A stretch of DNA of 64,000 nt. Origin: Octopus vulgaris. Taxonomy: Eukaryota. Of the stretch, positions 26,850 through 39,689 are shown in pieces (position 1 is the first letter of the stretch; each line of letters starts with the position of its first letter). The DNA lies in assembly GCA_951406725.2 (NCBI GenBank), contig OX597818.1, forward strand, positions 2,790,001-2,854,000, read 5' to 3'. Position numbers and translations under genes: made by a program. The notes under the pieces are model-generated. The model was given only the letters and a program-made list of their open reading frames with translations, searched no databases and was not told the origin of the DNA.

Positions 26850-28290
26850 TGGTGACTTTCAGTCTTTCTCATACTCTTCAGATGGAGAAGTAATGGGTGA
26901 ATATACATCTACTAATACCTGTGAGGATTATTAAAAATGCTGTAAATCAGCCTGAAATCATTAAAAAAATTTGTAAATGAAAAGTCTTCCCATTTTTCCA
27001 TTCACACCCATCAGATTAGGAAGTATTGCGTAAATTAACATATATTTACTAATAGATGAGAAGATTACATTTACCAAACATTCTATTAAAGCTTCCACCT
27101 TTCTCAGAAATCATGTACATCAAAAATGTTGCAAAGCAGTGTGAAATCATTCGAGAATTGCAAAATGGAAAATTGTTTTCTCAGGCTAATATTCAACATT
27201 AGCTGTTAAGCTTTCTCAATCACACTTGTCAGATTGAGATATAATATTTTAAAATACATTTACTAATAGCTGTGATTATTACATTTACCAAATATCTCAC
27301 TGAAGCTTCAACCTTTCTCAGAAAACATTAATATCGAAAATGTTAGAAATCAGTGCAAAATCATTTGAAAATCTTGAAAAGTAAAATCGCTGGTTTCTCA
27401 GGCTAATATTCAAAATTTTTATCTTTCCATTTTCCTCATATATACCCTTCAGATTGAGAAGTATTGGCTTAATTGATATATGTTTACTAATAGCTGTGAA
27501 GATCTTGTTTACCAAATATTTCACTGAAGCTTCCACCTTTCTCAGAAATCATATAAAACAAAAATTTGTAAATCAGCGTCAAATCACTTGAAAATTTTGA
27601 AATGGAAAATTGTTGGTTTCTCAGCATATACTTTCAATTTTTCTCACTAACAGATTGAGATGTAATGAGTTTATATTCATTTAGAAATAGCTGTGAAGAT
27701 TATATGTATCAAACATTTCCCTGAAGCTTCAACCTTTTACAGAAAACATGTACAGCAAAAATGTTGCAAAGCAGCATAAAATCATTTGAAAATGGCAAAA
27801 TGAAAAATTGTTTTCTCAGGCTAAAAATATTGCATATTTGTGACTTTGAATGTTTCTCACCTATGCTTGTCAAAGTGAGAATAAATAGGTTAATACATAT
27901 TTACTAATAGCTGTGAAGATTGTATTTACCAAACATTTCTCTTTCACAGAAAGCATGTACATCACAAATGTTGCAAATCAGGGTGAATTCATTCAAAAAT
28001 GATGAAATGAAAATTTGTTGTTTTGTGACTCAATTTTTCTCACATTTCTCAGATTGTGAAGTAATGCATTAAAATTCATTTACTAATAGCCATGAAGGTT
28101 ATACTTTCCAAACATTTCACTAAAGCTTCAACCTTTCGTAGAGAACATGAATATAGAAAATGTTGTATATCACTGTGAAATCATTCAAAAATTGCTATTG
28201 ACTTTCAATTTTTCTCACTTACGCTTGTCAGATTACTAAGTAATACATTTACTTATAGCTGTGTATACTATATTTATGAAACATTTCACT
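26850..28290. repeat. Degenerate tandem satellite, ~8 units of ~180-220 bp
   Basis: Recurrent TTTACTAATAGCTGTGAAGATT..TTTACCAAA..CACTGAAGCTTC..CCTTTCTCAGAAA core. Detached copies at ~29130-29345 and ~31290-31345. Confidence 0.8.
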
Positions 28291-29729
28291 GAATTAACAA
28301 TACTAACAAATCTACGATGGAAGCATACAATGAGGGAGGGAAGTCATAACAGCAGTATGTATTGAGAAATGTGTAAGTGGACTTGATAGGGTTACTGGAT
28401 GATGTCTTAGAGAAATCACATTATTGTTGGTGATTCTATTGCAGCTATGTGACATGTGTTTGCAACTAAGTGACATATGATGATGATTCACTCACAAACT
28501 GAATAGGCTCCCAGCCCCTGTATCATGAAAGGTTATGTGAACCATTCCTAACAAAAGCCAGAACTTCCTTTGACATAAAAAACATTAAGAAAAAATGCTA
28601 TTTAGATATACTTTTCTTTTAGTTGTTTACACTATTTTACATTTGTTTTTTATTCTTATACATTCAAAGCTCACAAATTTTCTAATTTAAATTATGAAAT
28701 TTTGATAATATCATTATGATTACAAAACTTCTTTGTAGACTATATTTTCTGCTTGGTCGACACTAATTTTCCAATTACTGGAGTCTGTTGCTCTACTCGT
28801 GACGTATAACTGGACATGTGTAAACATTGGAGTGGGTAAAAATACACCTACACGATCTAAAAATCTGGCCTTGTGCCTTATTTGCTGTAAATGCATGAGC
28901 GGAATCTTTAGGATTGCAAAAAATTAAACTAAGACTTACCTCTTACTGTTCTATATGAATAATATCTAGATGTTCTGGTACTATGGGTTATTTTGATTGA
29001 CAAAACTGAGACATAAACAACAGTTGCTTCGATTAGCCATTTTGAATCCTGCTTGAGACTGACACACTTCAATAACCACTGAATAGTCACACTATTTACT
29101 GTCCTCGCAACTCCCTTTGTATCTACAATGGGCTTCCACCTTTCTCAGAAATCATGTACATCAAAAATGTTGCAAAGCAGTGTGAAATCATTCGAGAATT
29201 GCAAAATGGAAAATTGTTTTCTCAGGCTAATATTCAACATTAGCTGTTAAGCTTTCTCAATCACACTTGCCAGATTGAGATATAATATTTTAAAATACAT
29301 TTACTAATAGCTGTGATTATTACATTTACCAAATATCTCACTGAGATATGATGAAAATCCAGAGTTACTTGTGGTTGGTGAATTCTTAATAAAAATGTGT
29401 AGGTGGTTTATCAGTTCAAAAATTGATATCCATGAAATAATCATCCTTTCTGATATTTTAATGCTAAAAACCTTCCTGATGGCTGTCTTTGTAATCCTAA
29501 AAAATATCGTAACCATTGGTCCAGCCATCTGGCCTTGAAGAGGGAACAGACAAAAAGACAGACAGATGGACAGACGCCCAAATCTGTCCATCTACGATGG
29601 GAAACAGAGCAAGAGTATCACAAATCTAAACTTTCTAAAGTCACAAACAATACAGCGGGGGTGGAATCCAGAGTTTATCTTTGTTGCCAGAATTTTTAGA
29701 AGATGATGATGTTGATGATGCTGATGAAA

Positions 29730-30830
29730 TTTCATCATCAACATCATTGTTTAACATCCATTTTCCATGCTGGCGTGGGTTGGACAGTTTGACTGGGATC
29801 TGGGAAGCCAGGAGGCTGCATGAGGCTCCACTCTGATCTGGCAGTGTTTCTACAGCTGGATGCCCTTCCTAACACCAACCCTCTGAGAGTGTAGCGGGTG
29901 CTTTTTATGTGCCACTGGCATGGGAGCCAGAGGGGGCTGGCATCAACCGTGTTTGGATGGTGCTTTTATATACCACTGGCATGGGAGCCAGTCAAGGTGG
30001 TGCTGGCATCAGCCATGTTCAGATGGTGCTTTTTACATGCCACCAGCACAGGAGCCAGTCAGGGTTAGGAGGCTGGCATTGACCACATTTGGATGGTGCT
30101 TTTTATGTGACACTGGCACAGGGAGCCAGACAGGCGGTACAATTTTCATTTGATTGTGGTTTGATTTGATATTGATGTTGATGTAATCCTGAAAAATATC
30201 GTAACCATTGGTCCAGCCATCTGGCCTTGAAGAGGGAACAGACAAAAAGACAGACAGATGGACAGACGCCCAAATCTGTCCATCTACAATGGGAAATTGA
30301 GCGAGAGTATCACAAATCTAAACTTTCTAAAGTCACAAACAATACAGCGGGGGTGGAATCCAGAGTTTATCTTTGTTGCCAGAATTTTTAGAAGATCAAA
30401 AAAAATTACTTGACTCAATAGGTCTCCTCAAGCATGGTATGTCACCCTTCGATCCAAAGGTACTTTTTGAGTGGGCTGGTTATGCGACACTGGTGTAGGC
30501 TACAGTTGCGATCTCACTTTATTTGCTGGGTCTTCTCAGTCACAGCATATCTCCAGAGGTCTTGGTCTTTTGTCATTGCCACTGTGAGGCCCAACATTTG
30601 AAGGTCATGCTTCATTCACCACCTCATCCCATGTCTTCCTGGGTCTCCCTCTACCATGGGCTCCTTCCACTGTTTGGGAGTGGCACTTCTTCACACAGCT
30701 CTCCTCATCCATCTGTAGTACATGACCATACCAGTGCAGACATCTCTTTTGCATGCCACATCTGATGCTTCTTATGTCCAACATTTCTCTTAGGGTGCTT
30801 AGACTCTGTCGTATGTGCACACTAACACTA
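29730..30830 (-). mobile_element. RTE LINE 3' end, interrupted by a duplicated 215-bp segment
   Basis: (CAT)n tail, 3' UTR repeats and WYGHVLQMDEES...RGRPRKTW (ORF 30605-30820). Confidence 0.8.
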
Positions 30831-31749
30831 CAAAAAACTCAATATCCACTAAATAATCATACTTTTTCACATTTTTTCCACTAAAAACCTTCCTGATTAC
30901 TTCCTTTGTAATCCAAAAAAACATTGTGGCCATTTGTCCAGCCATTTGACTGTGAAGAAGGACTCAGCGTTATGCCTGTTACAGTAAGATGTGGACAGAA
31001 AGCATGCAAAAAGTTGAAAATATTTGGCAAATTCTTTGAATGTTTTGGAATGAAATGCCAAATTCAAAACATTTAACTGAAGTAAAAATATTTCACTGGA
31101 GTAAAAATATTTATCTCAAAACAAGTGAAGAAAAAGTTTCTAACATTCATGAAAGTATTCAATGAATCATTCTAAAATTTTAAAATTCAAAAATTCAGTT
31201 TTTGTTTTGGCTAATTTTATTACAATTCAAGAGTAGTGTTTCAATTTTTAATTCATTGTTGTTTGATTGAAAAGTGATGTGTTAGAATACACTTGCTTAT
31301 AGCTGTGAATATTATATTTACCAAACACCACTGAAGTAAAAATATTTGTCTGAATCTCATTTTGGGGTATTGTCCTGCTACAGTACAGGAAATGCATTGA
31401 CACCAGCTCCTGAAGATTCAGCATCCTACAGGTCTCCATGCAAATGACTGTGTCAAATCTCTTGAGTGCTCCCCAGTCAGGCATAGACTGCATTAGGCTG
31501 TAAAACGGTATTACTTATGCACTGTGACACACACTCAAGTCAAACATGGGTTGATTGTGGCTCATATGTATGAGAACCAGGTGCATTTCAAGACATTAAT
31601 TGCAAGTACTATCTCCTGGCAGAACTCTGAGCACTTGTTGAGCAGGCCTTGTAGTCCACTTGATGAGCATCATGTCATTAGCAAATGGACCCCCATATTG
31701 TCAAATTGGTTCTTTTGTCCACCTGCCAGCCTGGATTGTGGAGCATATT

Positions 31750-32132
31750 CTTTTATTCTTTTACTTGTATCAGTCATTTGACTGCAGCCATGCTGGAGCA
31801 CCACCTTTAGTTGAGCAAATTGACTCCAGGACTTATTCTTTGTAAGCATAGTACTTATTCTCTCAGTGTCTTTTGCTGAACCACAAAGTTACGGGGAGGT
31901 AAACACACCAACGTTGGTTGTCAAATGATGCTGGGGGGATGAACACAGACACACAAAAACATACAAATACACACATACATATATATATATGTGACAGGCT
32001 TCTTTCAGTTTCAGTCAACCAAATCCACTCACAAGGCTTTGTTCGGCTCAAGGCTATTGTAGGAGACACTTGCCCAAGGTGCCATGCAGTGGGACTGAAC
32101 CCGGAATCATGTGGTTGGTAAGCAAGCTACTT
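31750..32132 (-). mobile_element. tRNA-derived SINE, split by an insertion; its 5' head continues at 34216-34256
   Basis: Collinear with the intact copy at 43040-43485. Confidence 0.85.
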
Positions 32133-34215
32133 TATTTTATATCATTTGCCATAAAGGCAGTACACAGATATGTAGCTTTGCGGGCTGGATGATAATAATA
32201 CAAGATGATAAAGATGGGAGAAGACAGAAAGCGCCCACCGACCCTCTGCTTCTCTAAAACATTGTTCGTTAAAAACAACATATATAGAGGTATTAAACCT
32301 CTTACAAATAAATACAAAACGTTGGACTATAAGTCCATCACAAAGGAAACAAAATTTATACGCATACATATGTAGGTGATAAATCTCATACATTACTCCC
32401 CAATTAACTCTTTTGTGGCCTGCAGGTATTCCTGCAACCACCAATCGGAGCCAAAAAAAAGTAATCTGTATTTCTCCTTTGGGAAGGATCTTGACCTGTG
32501 CAAAAAATCTTTTCTTTACAGTACTAGTGCAGCCACCTGTGAAGGCCACTCTGGACTGTCAATAAAAATCAGGTCCATCAGAACCTGAATATCAAGATTA
32601 TTTTCCACATACTCCTCATTCGCCCCCTTCCCTGTGATAGAGGAATACAAATTCCCCATCATTTTCATTGAGAGGGACCTCAACTACCTTGCTCAGTGGC
32701 ACACATCCCACTGATAAGGTTTCCTTCTTCTCCCCCTCCAGTGGCACACATCCCACTGAAGGGATTTTGGACATGCCATCGCCGGCAATGCTCCATTTTT
32801 CTTTTTCTTCTTCTTTCTTTTCCCCTTTGCAACGGGAGGGTGGAGTTCCTCCAACATGTCCGGAGGTCCCTCCTCCCCTCCTGCCACCTCAGAGTCCATC
32901 AGTAGGCAACCATTGTTTCCTACCTTCTTTCTCTTAGTACCTTTTCTCAAGGAGGTTACCTCCTTCTCGACTTTCCCCCTCTCTCCCTCCAATGAAGGAG
33001 CAGGAGGCGTTGTTGGAGGAACAGGGGGTTAACAGTTATCAATCAACTGGTCCAGGACCTTTGCCTGGTCCCAGCAATAGTTCTTCTTCATGTGCCCTGA
33101 TTCCAGGCACAGGTGACACTTGGGGGGGGGGGGGGGAGCATCCATCAATGATCACCGGGTGCCTGGAACAGGCTATTGTCAAGAAATCTAGTAAAACTAG
33201 ATCTTCGGCCAATTGGGTCCATAGGGTCAAAATTACTTTTGACCCGACCCAATCGACTGCAGGCAGTATTTTTACATTCAAGAGCCTGGTAGGGCCACCA
33301 CCCAGGCCTCGACAGATAGAATCTTCTATCCATTCAGTCTCTATACCGGGCAGCAGCCTACACACCCAGTCTCTTGTCAATTTACGCCCACCATAAGTGG
33401 AGAGAAACAACATCTTCCTCACATCTATAGGTTGGCTTGCAAATTTCTGAGCCTCCATTGAGGTGTCTAAAAGAACGCACACCGTACCGTACTTTGCACC
33501 CCTACGAATGAACCTATAAGTTGGTGCATACCCCTCCAACTTTTCTTCAATTTTAGCCTGAGAGAATACACAGATGGTGTCGCAGATCTTGCAATAGGTC
33601 CGCGACACCACCATTCTCTCATCATAGTTTTTTAACCACTCCTTGGGGGCCACAATTCGCCACTCCAAGGCTTTCTTACATTTGATTGCCATTAATAAAA
33701 TAAACTAAAATATAAAAGCCCACAACAAAATCAAAATGTTCAAATAAAATTCTCTGATGCAAACACAAAAGAGACAAGAGAAAAATAATGAAGGAAGACA
33801 GTTCAAATGACAACAAAATTCAACCCTGGTAATCCTTTGTAGCACAGTTAAAAATCCCTTGCAGCACAAAAATAGCAGCAAAAAATTCCTGGTTGTACTC
33901 CAAATGGTAAAATTCTGGTTGTACTCCAATTGGTAAAATCCACGAAGTGCAACACAGTCACATAAAATCATAAATTTTCGGAAGGACACACCTCCCAAAA
34001 ACAAACACAATTCTCACTAAAAAGTGAGTCTTTTAGTACGACCACTGGCAAACAAATGTCTGAACCCAGTGGAGACCCTTGTTCGAAAAGATAATAACCA
34101 TATGGACAATAGACTTCACTAAGCTCCCAAAAAACAAATGCTTTACCTGTGGTTGTGCTTCAAATGTTCAATTTTTCACAAACGATGTGACTTCCACTGC
34201 GACAACTTGGTAGCA
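32133..34215 (-). mobile_element. ORF1-only Tx1-like non-autonomous retrotransposon (HAL1-like) with 15-bp TSD
   Basis: TSD GTAAGCAAGCTACTT at 32118-32132 and 34216-34230. ORF1-like frames 33039-33692 and 32693-32992. No RT or endonuclease seen. A-rich 3' end. Confidence 0.8.
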
Positions 34216-36129
34216 GTAAGCAAGCTACTTACCACACAGCAACTCTTGCACCTATGCAGAAATAAATGTAACTGTTGATTTATCTAAGACAAGTCACACA
34301 TTCTAACTACTTCAATTACTTTGTCTACTCATTTTTCTCTCAAAAGCATGCTGACACCCCATTGCTGTTGCCTACCCACAAGAATTTGTAGCTATGCTCT
34401 TTGTCTGTGAGGAATCCAGCTGAAGCATCCCACTCTTACCCCTTGCACACAGATACATGTCCTTTCTAGCATTTAAATAATTTCACCTATCCTTCCTTTC
34501 ATTATATTGACATTAATTGTGGCTGTTCATAAACTACAGAAAACATATATGGCATTTTATGTTTTATAAATCATACATGCAATTCACTAAACTAACTGCC
34601 AGGATTACATAACTGCATGTTGAAATATTACATAATCTTATTCACTTCTTCAGTGTTTAGTAAAAAACACAAAGAATGGTATCCTCAATATGCAAATTAT
34701 CAATAGACATTAGCAGGATGGTTGAACCTAGGACAATATAACAGAAGACAAGCAAATAAGCACTGTTTTTTTTATATCTAAGTGGGCAGTTATGCATGTA
34801 CATTTGTCCACACTCACAACCATTCCTAATGTATATAAATGGGAGGATAGAAAAAGAGCAAGATAAGGGACAATCATAAAATCTTGTAGACAAGACAGCT
34901 TCAGCATCAGCCATCCCACAAACACCACCTCAAGATGCAAACCCAGCAACCTAATAGCAGGAACAGCTGCACTCATGTCATAAATCAAGGTCAAAGATGT
35001 TTGTGGTCTGTTAATTGACAAGTTTATGATATCAGCTTCAAAGAATCTGTTCTTTGGAAGACAAATATATATATATAATATTATTTTTAAGAAGTATTTA
35101 TGCATGATTTCACTGGTAAACTAAGCATATAAATACACCATTTCTTCTTTATAAACAGTAAAATGGAAATTGTTTTGATATGATTCATGGTCTTTTATCA
35201 CTTGTCAGACAATAAATATCCATTCATCCTTCTGCCTATAAAGAAATCTTATAACATATCGCTATTTAAATCAAATACAAACAAGAACTTATCTGTAATG
35301 ATTAGACTAGATTGTATATCATGTGTTACTAATTAAGAACTATTTATGTACAACATAGTATATATTAAAACCTTGAGATAAATATAAAATAGTGAAACCA
35401 AACCTTCTGAATGTCTTAACTCTGCAACTGTAAACAGATGTAAATACGTCTGGTTATTCTTTTTACACACATTTAAATTCTGGTTCATGTTTGATTTAAG
35501 TAGTAATCTGCTGTAAGTTTCCTTAGAGAGCAATGGAATGCAAGACACTCATTTATCAACAAGTGTTAACGGATTGTGAAGTATGTCAAGACAGTCTATT
35601 TGTTATTCTGTGTGTGGAGAATAACAAGATGTTTAAAATTTTACAGCAAAGGCTATACGAAAATTATAGTTTAACAATACAGGATAACAATCCCATACTC
35701 AGTGTGTAACTTTGAGTTAATATGAATAATGATACATAATTTCATGTGCATATTCCTGAGATGGGGACATTGGACATGTGATTGTACATCCAATCACATG
35801 TACAAGGTCCCCATCTCAGGAATATGCACATGTGGATCCTTTAGAGAACATTTTTTTCTCAGATGTCTAGACTATCACTCTCAATATGGCTGCCACAAGT
35901 GTCAAAGCAATCCAGTGCAGACACACTAAGAATATTGCAATTTATTATCATTGAATGAGTGATGAATGGTGGAATTTAGGGCAGTAGATGGAGGATTGGT
36001 GAAGTACCAGTCAAAATGTCTTGTGGTACTGTTATGTATTTTTATGCTCTGAGTTCAAATCTCATCAGTAATATAGCAGTAATATTGATCACATGCCAAT
36101 AAAATTGATTATCGTTATTATTACTACTT

Positions 36130-36345
36130 CTAAGGTGGCAAGCTGGAAGAATTGTTAGTATGCTGGGTGAAATGCTTAGCAGTATTTTACCTGTCGCTAT
36201 GTTCTGGGTTCAAATTCCACCCAGGTCGACTTTGCCTTTCATCCTTTCAGAGTTGATAAATTAAGTACCGGTTGAGTACTGGGGTCGATGTAATTGACTT
36301 ATCTCCGCCTCTGAAATTGTTGGTCTTGTGTCAAAATTTGAAATC
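36130..36345 (+). mobile_element. Second tRNA-derived SINE family
   Basis: GGTGGCAAGCTGG head, B box GGTTCAAATTCC, body GGTCGACTTTGCCTTTCATCCTT. A decayed copy of the head lies at ~35985-36065. Confidence 0.7.
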
Positions 36346-36888
36346 CTTATTATTGCTACTATATAAGTAGAAAGAAATGCACTTCTGTTGTAAGATTAAA
36401 TTTTTACTAGAAACCAGAAATAGAGATGACATCAACATATTCAAAGAATAAGTAAGTTGACCTTTAGCAAGAGTAAGAGATAGCTATTAAACTCAACAAA
36501 AACTTTCAATATATGTATTTATTCAACAACATTGACAATTCCAAAGATGATTATAAAACTCAAATAACTGGTACAATAAGAGAATATGAATATAAACATA
36601 AAAAACTGCAACAGAAGAGGAAAATTCCATATTAAGAAAATGCAAATAATGTTGATGATAGCAATAATACTTATTTATAATTTAGGTAGAAGTCCAACAG
36701 TTTTGAATCAATTATGTTAACTCTAGTACTTTATTTTATCAGTTCTGAAAGGTAGGATATGAATTCATAATGTAAAGTACCAAAAGAGATCTTGGAATGC
36801 ATTTTTTCTGACATTCCAGTGATTCTTCCAGCTCATTGGCCTACTACAACAGCAACAACAACAATAATAATATACAATGCTCAACAAA

Positions 36889-36984
36889 TTACACAATGAT
36901 AGATTTAACAGCTAAGCTTGCTTTTTTCCATTTTGGTACTGGATCATCATTCTTTTCCTTAGTTTCTAATTTCATTTCATCAGC
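36889..36984 (-). CDS. Possible terminal coding exon of an unidentified minus-strand gene
   Basis: Polypyrimidine tract and TTTCAG acceptor, then an open frame ADEMKLETKEKNDDPVPKWKKASLAVKSIIV*. No homolog recognised. Confidence 0.25.
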   Translation of the reverse strand, partial: ADEMKLETKEKNDDPVPKWKKASLAVKSIIV

Positions 36985-37455
36985 CTGAAATTGATAATAG
37001 AAAAGATAAATATTTCAAATATTTCTGATTTGTAATGAGTTCATTCAGTAACAATCTTCTTTGATGATTAATCTAATATATATGAATCCTGTTCCACAAG
37101 TATAACAGTGTTTGTTGGTGACAATTTACTACTAGTTCATTTATATTTATCACACCCCGCTTTAAAGGTCTTAGAAACAGTAAAGCCTAAATCAAGTGCC
37201 TTAAGTTTGGGATGATAGAATTTGAGAATTTGCTTAATAGTGTTCCCCTGGTGAAGATAACATATTGAATCATGGTCTTAGTGAATATGAGAAAAAGTAT
37301 TTTGTCAATCATTAAGAGTCATTGTATTATTGTAAGCTTTCTTGACAATCACTGTAATGTTTGGCGGATCTTTAAATCCTTATTGAGGATTGCACCTAGA
37401 TCTTTCTCTTCCTCAATAACTTTGAATAACTTCAATTTATATGAATACTTTAGAT

Positions 37456-37733
37456 CAGTGCTTCTCAAATTATCTGATGTGGTGTACTGGCAGTTTTTTT
37501 CCAATGTGCCAGGGACCAGTAATATTTCCTAGTAATATTAATTTATACCAGAAACAATATATATATAATGAATATAATAAAAGTCAACAATTTTATATTT
37601 ATTTTGTAAACAAATAATACAATATTACATAAGCATTTTATGTTTCTTTCTTTTCTGGAAACTCGCTGCACACCGGCAGCTGATGGCTTGTGGACTGGCA
37701 CCATTTTGCAAACCACCACTTTGAGAAGCACTG
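37456..37733. mobile_element. hAT/Charlie-type MITE
   Basis: TIRs CAGTGCTTCTCAAA and TTTGAGAAGCACTG. The 8-bp TSD is degenerate. Confidence 0.75.
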
Positions 37734-38159
37734 CTTTTATCTACGAACTTATACTCTTCTATAATGAAGAATAACTGCAATTGATTAGACAAACATTTCT
37801 CTTAGGGAACCTTGGAAATAACCCTAACCCTAACCCTAATTCCATATCTCAGGGAACTATCATGATCATGATCATCATTATCCTTATCATCATCACCATC
37901 ATCATTTAACGTCCATTGTCCATGCTGGCATGGGTTGGATGATTTGATCAGAGCTGGAAGGCTGCACCAGACTCCAGTCTGATTTAGCATAGTTTCTATG
38001 GCTGGATTCCCTTCCTAATGCAGATCACTTTACAGAGTGTGCTGGGGGCTCTTACATGGCACTGCAGGGATGCTTTTACATGGTGCCACATGAGTTCTTT
38101 TACATGGCATTGCACAGGCATTTTTATGTGGAACCACATAGGTTCAACATGCTGAGAAA

Positions 38160-39170
38160 ATTCTCTAGGCTTTTGAAGTAATCTTTCTACCCGGCTTTTC
38201 CTTCACAGGGAGCATAAACAACAACCAACCTGAACACTTTACCACTGCAGTGCGTTACATCCAAAATGACCAGCCTGCCTTTCGGTTCTCTAAAGACAGT
38301 TCTAATCTCTAAATCCAGGTTTTTTCTGGCCAGCACTCCTCCGCCCCCTCCCAGTTGACAAGGAGAAACATATTTCTTGTAGCCGTTCAAACGATGTGAC
38401 CCAAGGTTGTTAAGGAGGTAGCCTTGCTTCCAATCTGACCCCAGGCTGCGAATATTTAAACAACCGAGTTTAAACGAGAACGTGAAAAATTAGTCGAATG
38501 TTTAAAACTTACTGTTTGAACGGGAGAGAGGGTGTAGTTTCACCCTCCTCTTTTCTGTCTGTAAGTGTTGTGGTTTGCGAGGTCATTTTTTTGCGAATTG
38601 CCGGTACAGATGTCTCGAAAAGTTCATCTGTAATGGGCCGACATCCTCCACAAAAGATTTTTTTAGTTCGAAATAGTCAGTGTTGTCTATGGTATAAAAC
38701 TCGACATTTTCAAGAATTATACTATTTAAATCTGTTGCGATATATTTTTTTGTCGATTTCATTAAACCAATTTGGTCTCTTAAGTGTTTATTATTTTTGT
38801 TTATCACCATGAAGGTGTTTCACTTTTTTATATTAGGCGATTGTGGAGGGGTGTGTGTGCTTGTAGGTGAGTGTGTGCTTGTGGTAGGTGTCTGTGTGTT
38901 TGTGTGTGCTTTTTCCAGTGTGTGTGTTTTATTTGGCTACGTGTGTGTTTGCGGCTGTATTTGTGGGTGTGGGTGTGCTTGTCTCTCTCGGAGCATAGTC
39001 CTGTGTATCTGAAGAGGGTGGGTTTTTTTGTTTCTGTCTTCTTTTTGAAGGTTCCACGGTGACCCACTCCTGGTTGTTGTTGTTGTTGTTGTTTTCTCCT
39101 GCTGTTGGCTGTACTTCAGCAATTTGTGTGCATGACGTGGCTGCTATTTCTAGCAGTGTGGTCGTTGTCT
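38160..39170 (-). mobile_element. Tx1/L1-like LINE 5' fragment (ORF1 end and start of APE endonuclease)
   Basis: ORF 38187-38390 GGGGVLARKNL...KGRLVILDV...FRLVVVYAP is L1/Tx1 APE-like. ORF1-like frames lie upstream. Confidence 0.7.
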
Positions 39171-39689
39171 GATAACAGACTTTTAAATCGTCACTTTCCA
39201 CATATTATTATACCCACTACAGAAATACGATGTGCTGAAATCAAGGAAAAAATCGTTTATGAGATTAATTCCGAAAAATGTTCAACTATGTAGTAATTAT
39301 AAAGGATGACCTTTTATAATGGTACATGAATATAAACTTAGCAACTTAAAGCTGCTGTACGGTGCAGAAACAAATATTGTTACCTACTATTAAAGTGGTA
39401 CATCCTCCATCCTCATGTTATATTATTTTTGTATTATTCTTATGCAAAGAGGAGTGTCATATATGTATCCAGCCCAGAAATATAGCCTACTGTAAGATAA
39501 CATGTGAAAGCCAAATAACAACATAAGGGCTCTAAATGCATGCTACAAGGTTTTTACCCAAATTATACAATATATGCATGCATGTGTGAGTGTCTGCAGT
39601 ATATACACATATAATTCATATGTAATTTCACCCTAGTTTGGAATCAAATATTCTCTCTCTCTCTCCATATATATATATATATATATATC

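Noticed and set aside
34728-35105. 125-aa minus-strand ORF, plus open frames at ~42685-42830 and ~47620-47800
   Set aside because: No recognisable domain or consistent exon chain, so I cannot support them as CDS.
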